From: Octopus sinensis
Taxonomy: Eukaryota
Length of the DNA: 20,431 nt
Assembly: GCF_006345805.1 (NCBI RefSeq)
Contig: NW_021824407.1
Coordinates: 1-20,431, forward strand
Direction: 5' to 3'
Below are positions 10,800 to 20,431 of the stretch, in pieces. A program made the translations under genes and the position numbers. Numbering within the stretch: the first letter of the stretch is position 1; every line of letters begins with the position of its first letter. The notes under the pieces are model-generated. The model searched no databases. It saw only the letters and a list, made by a program, of their open reading frames with translations, and was not told the origin of the DNA.

Positions 10800-11050
10800 G
10801 TGGAAGGTGCAAATAAGCCATTTAAAAACATTAAAACAGATTCACTTCAACATTTAATTTATTGCATCATGGAATTTTTTCAGAGAACAGGTCGCGGTTT
10901 CAAAGCGACGAAAATATTTTGACAAATTTAATTTAAACGTTGAAGTGGATCTAACGGTTTACGTGTGTATTTAAATGGCTCGTAAACACCTTCCACTCTG
11001 CAATTGTTTTTGTTTCAGGACATTATCTCAAATCAGGTCACTTGCTTATG
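10800..11050. mobile_element. Short palindromic (MITE-like) element made of two inverted copies of the hammerhead-bearing terminal
   Basis: 10800-10861 is the imperfect reverse complement of ~10927-10997. The right arm matches 14202-14348 and the reverse complement of 11096-11294. Confidence 0.75.
10876..10926 (+). ncRNA. Hammerhead-like motif, G3-C8 family, mutated copy (GAGAACA)
   Basis: UCA-GAGAACA-G-GUCGC gguuucaaa GCGAC-GAAA-AUAU-UU-UGA. U4 is changed to A. Confidence 0.55.
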
Positions 11051-11056
11051 TCCGTA

Positions 11057-11097
<41 letters not shown>

Positions 11098-11148
11098 AGA
11101 TGTACTTGCATAGCGAGTGACTTGATCTGAGATGTTGTGCTGGAACGA

Positions 11149-11956
11149 AAACAATTGCAGCGTGGAAGGTGTTTATAAACCATTTAAGAAACACACAAAA
11201 GCCGTTAGATTCACTTCAACATTTAAATTTAATTTGTCAAAATATTTTCGTCGCTAAAATCCGCGATCTGTTCACTGACAAAACTTCGTGCTGCGTTCAT
11301 GATATATATGTACGTACGTACGTACGTACGTACGTATGTATGTATGTATGTATGTATGTATGTATGTATGTATGTATGTATGTATGTATGTATGTATGTA
11401 TGTATGTATGTATGTGTGTGTATGTATGTATGTATGTATGTATGTATGTATGTATGTATGTATGCATGTATGTATGTATATGTGTGTATGTATGTATGTA
11501 TGTATGTATACATGTATGTATGTATGTATGTATGTATGTATGTATGTATGTATGTATGTATGTGTGTATATATGTGTGTACATGTATCTGCGCATGCATG
11601 TTTACATGCCAATACGCATGTATGTAAGTACATACGTATGTATGTGTATATTTAGGAGAGTGTGTAGACGTGTCTGTGTGTGTGTACATGTGTATGTACA
11701 TGTGAACGTATGTTTATGTAATGATATGTGTCAGTTCAAGTTGTATACATGACTGTTACCTTGTTGAAGTTTGTATATATACACACATATACATTTATAT
11801 AGACACACACATACACACACATATATATGCGTTTGTCCCTCTCACCACGGTGAATGGATACAACGTCTTAGATACATATATACACATATAACCTTATACA
11901 TATATACAAGTACACACAATCATATAGACACTTACACATACACACAAATATACGTA
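11149..11956 (-). repeat. Left inverted arm (reverse complement of 13698-14348 and 15237-15880)
   Basis: Colinear reverse-complement match, including the unique segments gtcagttcaagttgtatacatgactgttaccttgttgaag and gtccctctcaccacggtgaatggatacaacgtcttag. Longer because of (TATG)n expansion. Confidence 0.93.
11233..11282 (-). ncRNA. Type I hammerhead-like motif, core GUGAACA (G3-C8)
   Basis: Minus: UUUGUCA-GUGAACA-GAUCGC ggauuuua GCGAC-GAAA-AUAU-UU-UGACAAA. Confidence 0.68.
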
Positions 11957-13245
11957 AAGGCGGTGCTATTGGAGTAAGGATAGCCGATGGTGTTGCAAAC
12001 CTCGTATGGTGAGACAGACATTTTAAACAGTGCCTAGCGACCCGTAACATCCACTTCACTATGTACTCTCGATATGTTGATGACATTAACCTTGTCGTGA
12101 AATGTAATAATAATACAGACACAGAGACAGACTCTCTACTAAATGAAGAACAGGTGATGACAGCTATACAACACATAGCTGACTCTATTCATAGCAGTAT
12201 AAAAGTTACCGTGGACTACCCCTCTAAACACACCCCAGTAATAGATACCTGTCCTAGATACTGAGCTGTGGATGGAAAATACTATGGTTAACGGAACAGT
12301 TAAACCCTGTATACTCCACTCACACTATTGTAAACCTATGGCTAATCCACTGGTAACCCGTAGTGACTCAGCGATGTCGAGTACTACCAAGCTCAACATC
12401 CTGGTGGCAGACTTCGTAGAGTAATGTGGAATGTATCTTCACTATGCCAACCACAAGAACGACAACACGCATCCAGCACTTCATATTCCGAATGCAACGT
12501 TCCGTATACACACAATATGACAGAATCAGAGTGTACAAAGGAGCGAAAACAAGATTCGAACGCATTCTAAGAGATGACGAAACGGTATATGCCCCCTATA
12601 CCGCAACAAGTTCCGAAATAGGTTAGAGAGAGACACCAACAAAAGAAATAAAACCAATACTTGATAGAAGAAATTTCACTGTGTAATGTTTGTTGACGCC
12701 ACACCTAAGAACGAATTATGTAAGGCATTCAAGAAAATCCTGCACACAACTGGCCTTAAGATCAAGGTTGTAGAAAAGACAGGTACAACTATCAAATCTG
12801 TATTATGTAGATCATATCCATTTGATAGATTCACATGTCAAAATAATTGTGCAGTATGTTCTACAAACCCACATGTGAACTGCAAAACCAAGAGCACTGT
12901 ATACCAAATTAAGTGCCAAGATGGAGCTTGCGCGACTAACCCAGAGTCATACATAGGTGAGACTTCTAGGTGTATCAATGATAGGTTCAAAGAACACCTG
13001 GACAACTACATTAAAAAGAAGCCAAACTCCATCTTCTATCAGCATGCTTTAGACTGCCACAAGGGCTCCTTAGGAGACTTAAGTTAAACATCTTTTCCAC
13101 ACATCCCACTGATGCAATGCTGAGACAGGTCACTGAAGCTGTCTGTATACAAGAATACAAACCACTCTCAACCGAAAATCCGGATGGGGTAACATCCAGA
13201 TTCCACTCGGGAGTACCATTCTATAACACCCCTCACGAGTAGTAA
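11956..13245 (+). mobile_element. Penelope-like retroelement ORF remnant (5'-truncated RT + thumb + C-terminal GIY-YIG endonuclease), pseudogenised
   Basis: KGGAIGVRIADGVANLVW*DR...MYSRYVDDINLVV (RT motifs 4/5); DYPS; IPVLDTELW; HYCKPMA; SAMS; RMQRS.Y; CPLYRNK; CQNNCAVC...NCKTKSTVYQIKCQDGAC...YIGETSRCINDRFKEH...H...H; DAMLRQVTEAVCI; LNRKSGWG. Multiple frameshifts and stops. Confidence 0.93.
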
Positions 13246-13697
13246 TCCATGCATACATGTTGAATGCATGGTACTAAAATGCATATATGCAGTTATATAT
13301 AACCGTACGAGCGTACATTGTTTGATACGTATGTACGTATGTGTTGATGTATATGTGTGCAGACGTGTGTGTATGTGTTGTGTGTGTTGTGTAATGTTAG
13401 TGTATAAGTATGTATATGCATGCACATATGAGTAGGTGTAAATATATATGAATTATATATGTATGCATGTAAAAAAATTAAAAAAAGAATAAATAGAATA
13501 AAATAAAGCAAGTTACAATTTTACCGTTGTCCTTGAAAAGAGTGTCATATACATGTATATATATATGTAAATGTATGTGTGTATGTATGTATGTTATATA
13601 TATATATATATATAATATATATGTGTATCTATGTGTGGGTATATGTATATATGTATGTAGAGATGGATGAGCGTGTATGTGTGATACTTTAAGATTA

Positions 13698-14348
13698 TAC
13701 GTATATTTGTGAGTATGTGTAAGTGTCTATATGATTGTGTGTACTTGTATATATGTATAAGGTTATATGTGCATATATTGTATCTAAGACGTTGTATCCA
13801 TTCACCGTGGTGAGAGGGACAAACGCATATATATGTGTGTGTAGTGTGTGTCTATATAAATGTATATGTGTGTATATATACAAACTTCAACAAGGTAACA
13901 GTCATGTACAACTTGAACTGACACATATCATTACATAAACATACGTTCACAAGTACATACACATGTAAACACACACAGACACGTCTACACACTCTCCTAA
14001 ATAATCATATACATACGTAAGTACATACATACATGCGTATAGGCATGCACACATGCATGCGCACATACATGTACACACACATACTACGCACATACATACA
14101 TACATACATACATACATACATACATACATACATACATACATACATACACACACACATACATACGTACATATATATCACGTACTAACTGTTACTTTCTCAG
14201 ATGCAGCACGAAGTTTTGTCAGTGAACAGATCGCGGTCTGAAAGCGACGAAAATATTTTGACAAATTAAATTTAAATGTTGAAGTGAATCGAACGGCTTT
14301 TGTGTGTTTCTTTATGACTTATAAACACCTTCCACGCTGCAATTGTTT
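13698..14348 (+). repeat. Right inverted arm ending in the hammerhead-bearing terminal
   Basis: Reverse complement of 11149-11956. Followed by (TA)n. Confidence 0.93.
14215..14265 (+). ncRNA. Type I hammerhead-like motif, core GUGAACA (G3-C8)
   Basis: Stem I UUUGUCA 14215-21 / UGACAAA 14259-65. Core 14222-28. Stem II G(A)UCGC/GCGAC. GAAA 14249-52. Palindromic stem III AAUAUU. Predicted cut after 14258. Confidence 0.7.
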
Positions 14349-14409
14349 ATATATATATACGTGTATGTGTGCATGTATATATAGAGATGCATTCATTTTT
14401 TATAATATA

Positions 14410-14790
14410 CTAGCAGTATCGCCCGGCGTTGCTCGGATTGTAAGGGAAATAACTATATAAGCATTTTTAGAGAGTTATAGCCAAAAAATAGCAAAAAAAT
14501 GCATTAGAAATGGAAAAAAAATATGGTAATTTTTTTTTAAATCGTTGACTCATCGTCGACATTTTCAGAGAGTTACTTCTTTATATAATAGCGAAAAAAT
14601 GCATTAAAATGGAAAAAATGATGGTAATTTTTTTTTTAATCGTAGACTTATCGTAGACGCGGCGCTAATACCCAGAAGGCTCGATATGAATCACGACTAT
14701 AAGATACCCACTTTTAGTTAAACTGCACCGCAAAATGTGGGAATCTAATCGTAGGAGACAGACATACAACTTGACTTTTATATATAAAGA
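14410..14790 (-). mobile_element. Non-autonomous Helitron, copy 2
   Basis: A|TC ... CCG-agcaacgc-CGG ... CTAG|T on minus. Homologous to 4428-4819, with an internal ~120 bp repeat. Confidence 0.8.
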
Positions 14791-14866
14791 TATATATAAG
14801 TATATAGATCTAAAAAAATCATATATATATATATGTGCGTGTGTAAATGTGTGTGTGTATGTGTGT

Positions 14867-15086
14867 GTATGTTTGTGTATCTGTGTTTGTCCCCCCCCCA
14901 ACCTCGCTCGACAACCGAAGCTGGTGCGTTTACGTCCCCGTAACCTAGCGGTTTGGCAAAAGAGACAGATAAAGTAAGTACTAGGCTTACAAAGAATAAG
15001 CTCTGGGGTTGACTTGCTCGACTAAAGGTTATGCTCCAGCATGGCCGCAGTTAAATGACTGAAACAAGTCAAAGAATAAAAGAATA
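14867..15086 (+). mobile_element. 3' half of the tRNA-derived SINE
   Basis: Reverse-complement homolog of 10213-10335, plus tail gctccagcatggccgcagttaaatgactgaaacaag-(aaagaata)2. Confidence 0.8.
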
Positions 15087-15745
15087 TATAAGTATATATA
15101 AGTATATTACATACATATATATATACATATATGTATATATATATATATCTATATATATATGTGTATCTATGTGTGGGTATATGTATATATGTATGTAGAG
15201 ATGGATGAGCGTGTATGTGTGTATACTTTAAGATTATACGTATATTTGTGAGTATGTGTAAGTTCTATATGATTGTGTGTACTTGTATATGTATAGGTTA
15301 TATGTGCATATATGTATCTAAGACGTTGTATCCATTCACCGTGGTGAGAGGGACAAACGCATATATATGTGTGTGTATGTGTGTGTCTATAAAATGTATA
15401 TGTGTGTATATACAAACTTCAACAAGGTAACAGTCATGTATACAACTTGAACTGACACATATCATTACATAAACATACGTTCACAAGTACATACATGTAA
15501 ACACACACAGACACGTCTACACACTCTCCTAAATAATCATATACATACGTAAGTACATACATACATGCGTATAGGCATGCACACATGCATGCGCACATAC
15601 ATGTACACACATACATACGCACATACATACATACATACATACATACATACATACATACATACATACATACATACATACACACACACATACATACGTACAT
15701 ATATATCACGTACTAACTGTTACTTTCTCAGATGCAGCACGAAGT

Positions 15746-15796
15746 TTTGTCAGTGAACAGATCGCGGTCTGAAAGCGACGAAAATATTTTGACAAA
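15746..15796 (+). ncRNA. Type I hammerhead-like motif, G3-C8 (duplicate of 14215-14265)
   Basis: Identical motif in the second tandem unit. Confidence 0.68.
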
Positions 15797-15944
15797 TTAA
15801 ATTTAAATGTTGAAGTGAATCGAACGGCTTTTGTGTGTTTCTTATATGACTTATAAACACCTTCCACGCTGCAATTGTTTATATATATATATACGTGTAT
15901 GTGTGCATGTATATATAGAGATGCATTCATTTTTTATAAATATA

Positions 15945-16331
15945 CTAGCAGTATCGCCCGGCGTTGCTCGGATTTGTAAGGGAAATAACTATATAAGCAT
16001 TTTTAGAGAGTTATAGCCAAAAAATAGCAAAAAAATGCATTAGAAATGGAAAAAAAATTATGGTAAATTTTTTTTTAAATCGTTGACTCATCGTCGACAT
16101 TTTCAGAGAGTTACTTCCTTTATATAATAGCGAAAAAATGCATTAAAATGGAAAAAATGATGGTAATTTTTTTTTTTAATCGTAGACTTATCGTAGACGC
16201 GCGCTAATACCCAGAAGGGCTCGATATGAATCACGACTATAAGATACCCACTTTTAGTTAAACTGCACACCGCAAAATGTGGAATCTAATCGTAGGAGAC
16301 AGACATACAACTTGACTTTTATATATAAAGA
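15945..16331 (-). mobile_element. Non-autonomous Helitron, copy 3 (duplicate of copy 2)
   Basis: Same termini and flanks as 14410-14790. Confidence 0.8.
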
Positions 16332-16406
16332 TATATATAAGTATATAGATCTAAAAAAATCATATTATATATATGTGCGTGTGTAAATGTGTGTGTGTAT
16401 GTGTGT

Positions 16407-16626
16407 GTATGTTTGTGTATCTGTGTTTGTCCCCCCCCCCAACCTCGCTCGAACAACCGAGCTGGTGCGTTTACGTCCCCGTACCTAGCGGTTTGGCAAA
16501 AGAGACAGATAAAGTAAGTACTAGGCTTACAAAGAATAAGCTCTGGGGTTGACTTGCTCGACTAAAGGTTATGCTCCAGCATGGCCGCAGTTAAATGACT
16601 GAAACAAGTCAAAGAATAAAAGAATA
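16407..16626 (+). mobile_element. 3' half of SINE (duplicate of 14867-15086)
   Basis: Near-identical to 14867-15086. Confidence 0.8.
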
Positions 16627-16690
16627 TATAAGTATATATAAGATATATACATACATATATATATACATATATTATATATATATATATTAT

Positions 16691-16735
<45 letters not shown>

Positions 16736-16736
16736 C

Positions 16737-17161
16737 CTAACAGTATCGCTCGGCGTTGCTCGGGTTTGTAAGGGAAATAACTATATAGCATTTTTAGAGA
16801 GTTACTTACCCTTATAGATGCCAATTCGGGCTTTCTTAGCCATTTCTGTTTTGGTGTCTTCAAGCCATGAAGTCGTTGTTCTAAAAGAACGCTGGTCTCC
16901 TGACAACGCTTTACGACGTTGATTTCCTTACACTCCCTTCCCCACAGCTTCACGAGGGAGGGAAGAAGGAGTAGAAGCAAACAGGTGCAGGTGTGACATG
17001 GACGCCAACTCCGCCGCCATCGACACACGAAATGGAATAAAAATAATGTTAAATTATTTTTAAATTCGTAGACTCATCGTAGACGCGCGCTAATACTCAG
17101 ACGGGCTGCACCGCAAAATGTGGGAGTAGTTAGGAATCTTACAGTTTTATATATATATAGA
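16737..17161 (-). mobile_element. Non-autonomous Helitron, copy 4, with a different internal segment
   Basis: Same ends (3' CTAG mutated to TTAG; cagtatcgc.cggcgttgctcggg; gcaccgcaaaatgtgggagtagttaggaatct). 16817-17050 is absent from the other copies. Confidence 0.75.
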
Positions 17162-17169
17162 TATATAAA

Positions 17170-17345
17170 GTTAATCCAAACAAGAAAACACAGAAAAAAA
17201 CACAGCAACGCGAGGACGTGGAACAAATAAAGTATTATTTGACGCTCAGGAAAGAAGGGAAGGAGGGTTTAACGTTTCGAGCGGAGCTCTTCGTCGGAAA
17301 CTAGGAGAAGGAAAGATCCCAAGGAGGGAAGACAGAGGAAAAAAA
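17170..17345 (-). mobile_element. Penelope-like terminal (pLTR-type) repeat with hammerhead
   Basis: Second copy at 4916-5010. Contains the motif at 17267-17301. Ends in TA-rich sequence. May extend to ~17620. Confidence 0.6.
17267..17301 (-). ncRNA. Minimal type I hammerhead-like motif, core CCGACGA
   Basis: Minus: GUUU-CCGACGA-A-GAGC ucc GCUC-GAAA-CG-UU-AAAC. Stem I GUUU/AAAC, palindromic stem III AACGUU, triplet GUU. Confidence 0.72.
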
Positions 17346-17744
17346 TATTTTTGCTGGTGGTGCTCAAGAGATCACATGTTGAAAGAACAGAAGTTGAGAG
17401 GTAGACGAATCATGATTTTTAAAAACAAGAGAGTTTCAAAGACAAGGATTGTGTGTAGGTGCGTATGTGTGTGTGTTTGTGTGCAAGGACGACAAGTGTG
17501 TTTGTACGTGTGTGCGTGTGTGTGTATGTATGATGAATAATAGCCATGGCAAGCTAGCTGTCATAAAGGAGTGGCACTTGTTTGTATCCAGCCAGGTCAA
17601 AACCAGGTCAAAAAACAAAGGGGTATATATGTGTGCGTGTAAGTATATGTATCATGCGTGTGTGCTGTTTGTAGTGTGTGCTGTTTGTAGTGTGTGTGTG
17701 TTCGTGTGTTGTATGCGTGGAGTTTGGGTGTGTGGCGAGTAACT

Positions 17745-18802
17745 GTGCGTAACCTAGTGTATGTGTGCGCGTGTGTGTGTAGGGATGTATGTGTGGGTTC
17801 ATTTGTGTGAGTATGTAACGTGTATGTGTGTGCGTGTATGGGTGCGTTTGTATGTGTTTATGTGTATGAGTGCGTGCGCGGCAAGGTGTATATTGTGTAT
17901 GTATATCTGTCGGTGTGTATGTGAGTTTGTGTGTGTTTGTACGTGGGTATGTGTGTGTGCGTGTATAGTATATATATACGTAAATGTGTGTGTGTGTGCG
18001 TATGTGTGTACGTGCGTGCGAGTGAATGTATGTATATATGCGTGCGTGTGTGTACAGTATAGAGGCTTATATGTGTGTTTATATGTTTATATGTGTGTAT
18101 GAATGTATGTATGTATGTGTGTATGTGTGTAAGTGTGTGTGTGTATGTATGTGTGTATGTATGTGTATGTATGTATGTGTGCATGCGTGTATGTGTGTGT
18201 GAATGTATGTATGTATGTATATGTATGTGTGTGTATGTATCTATGTATGTATGTGTGTACGTATGTGTGTGTATGCTTGTATGTGTGTATGTGTGTATGT
18301 GTATGTATGTGTGTAAATGTATGCGTGTGTGTATGTATGTATGTGTGTATGTGAGTGTATGTGTGTATGTATGTGTGTGTATGTATGTGTGTGTGTGTGT
18401 ATGTGTGTATATGTATGTGTATGTATGTGTGTATGTATGTATGTGTGCCTGCGTGTATGTATGAATGTGTGTGTGTATGTATGTATATATATGTGCGTGT
18501 GTGTGTATGTATGTATCTATGTATGTATATATGTGTGTATGTATGTGTGTGTATGTGTGTATGTGTGTGTATGTGTATGTATGTATGTATATGTATGCGG
18601 GTGTGTATGTATGTGTGTATGTGTGTGTGTATGTGTGTATGTATGCGTGTGTGTATGTATGTATGCGTATATGTGTGTGTATGTATGTATTTATACCGGC
18701 GTGTAAGAGTGTATGTGCGTGTATGTGCGTGTATGTACGTATGTATGTATATGTATGTGTGTGTGTGTATGTATGTATGTATCTATGTATGTAGTGTATG
18801 TA

Positions 18803-18833
<31 letters not shown>

Positions 18834-20340
18834 GCATGCGTGCATGTGTGTATGTGTGTGTATGTATCTATATATATATATATGTGTGTGTATGTGTGTG
18901 TATGAGTGTATATGTGTGTGTATGTATGTGCGTATGTATGTATGTATGTATGTGTGTGTATGTATGTATGTATGTATGTATGTATGTGTGTGTATGTATG
19001 TGTGTAAGTGTGTGTGTGTGTGCATGTATGTCTGTATGTACGTGTGTGTGTATGTATGTGTGTGTATGTATGTATGTGTGCGTGCGTGTGTGTGTATGTG
19101 TGTGTGTGTGTTATGTATCTATGTATGTATGTGTGTATGTATGTGTGTATATATGTATGTATCTGTGTGTATGGATGTATGTGTGTATGTGTGTGTGTAT
19201 GTGTATGTATGTATGTATATGTATGCGTGTGTGTATGTGTATGTATGTATGTATATGTATGCGTGTGTGTATGTATGCATGTGTGTATGTGTGTAAGTAT
19301 GTATGTATGTGTGTGCATGTAAGTGTGTGTGTATGTATGTATGTACGGGTGTATGTGTGTAAGTGTGTGTGTGTAAGTGTATGTGTATGTATGTATGTAT
19401 ATGTACGCGTGTGTGTATGTATGTATGTGTGTATGTGTGTGTATGTGTGTATAGTATGGGTGTGTGTGTATGTGTGTGTGTATGTATGTGTATGTATGTG
19501 TGCATGCGTGTATGTGTGCATGTGTGTGTGTCTCTATGTATGTATGTATATAAATGTGTGTGTGTATGTATATATGTGTCTATGTATGTATGTGTGTATG
19601 TATGCGTGTGTGTGTGTATGTATGTATGTGTGTGTATGTATGTGTATGTATGTGTGTATGCATGTATGTCTGTATGTAAGTGTGTGTGTGTATGTATGTG
19701 CGTATGTATGTGTGTATGTGTGTGTGTATGTATGTGTATATATGTAATGTATGTGTGTATGTGCGTGTGTGTACGTATGTATGTATATGTATGTTTGTGT
19801 GTATGTATGTATACGTATATGTGTGTGTATGTATGTATGTATGTATGTATCTATGTATGTGTGTATGTGTGTGTGTATGTATGTTTGTATATGTATGTGT
19901 GTGTATGTGTGCATGTGCGTGTATGTGTGTATGTATGTATGTGTATGTGTGTATGTATGTGTGTGTATGTATGTTTGTATGTGTGTCTGTATGTGTGCAT
20001 GTATGTGTGTATGTATGAATGTATGTATGTATGTGTGTACGTGTGTGTGTATGTATGTGTGCATGTATGTGTGTATGTATGTATGTATGTATGTATGTAT
20101 GTGTGTGTATGTATGTGTATGTATGTATGTTATGTGCGTGCGTATGTGTGGGTATGTGTGTGTATGTATGTATATGTATGTGTGTGTATGTATGTATGTG
20201 TGTATGTATGTCTGTGTGTGAATGTATGTATGTGTGCATATGTGTATGTGTGGTGTATGTATGTGTGTATGTAATGTATGAATGTATCTATGTATGTATT
20301 ATGTGTTTTTACGTATGTATGTGTGTGTGTGAATGTATGT
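17745..20340. repeat. ~2.6 kb compound (TG)n/(TATG)n low-complexity tract
   Basis: Direct reading. Source of the long MYVC/HTYI ORFs. Confidence 0.95.
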
Positions 20341-20431
20341 TTTTGGGGGGGGGGGGAGTTGTGTGGACGTAAGGTACATGCGCGTGCTTGTGTGCGTGTG
20401 TGCGCTTACGTGCGTGTGTCTGTGCGTCTCA

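Larger units (their letters stand above)
13600..16680 (+). repeat. Tandem duplication of a ~1.54 kb unit (about 13600-15140 and 15140-16680)
   Basis: 13621 aligns to 15159 and 15081 to 16621. Each unit holds the inverted arm, hammerhead, Helitron and SINE half. Junctions lie in (TA)n. Confidence 0.93.

Noticed and set aside
11169-11752. Overlapping 107-152 aa ORFs
   Set aside because: (TATG)n microsatellite artefacts.
12686-13087. 133-aa ORF as a standalone GIY-YIG nuclease gene
   Set aside because: It is one frame segment of the frameshifted Penelope-like ORF, and its C-terminal motifs continue in another frame.
17761-20372. Long ORFs (up to 486 aa) rich in MYVC/HTYI
   Set aside because: Translations of TG/TATG repeats that lack stops. 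They are open in many frames on both strands and show no protein-like complexity.
1-20431. CRISPR array or prokaryotic operon
   Set aside because: No regularly spaced repeat-spacer units. All content is eukaryotic TE and microsatellite sequence.

Overview
AT-rich, microsatellite-saturated eukaryotic intergenic or intronic DNA. The SINEs and repeat landscape look like an octopus/cephalopod genome (recognised from memory, not searched). No host protein-coding gene is evident, and nearly all long ORFs in the track are (TG)n/(TATG)n artefacts. The real content is nested transposon debris: a CR1-like LINE remnant, an RTE LINE remnant, a Tc1 D34E remnant, a possible hAT/SPIN remnant, tRNA-derived SINEs, four non-autonomous Helitrons (TC...CTAG), and a decayed Penelope-like element (RT + GIY-YIG, 11956-13245) enclosed by ~650-800 bp inverted arms. 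The main finding is a set of type I hammerhead-ribozyme-like motifs from several unrelated repeat families. They carry non-canonical catalytic cores (GUGAACA with a G3-C8 swap x4, CCGAAGA, CCGACGA, and a degenerate UUGAAAA with U3-A8), and the best-preserved ones have palindromic stem III. The G3-C8 family sits at the termini of the Penelope-like insertion. There is also a ~1.54 kb tandem duplication (possibly an assembly artefact), a 45-bp templated insertion and a ~2.6 kb TG/TATG tract.
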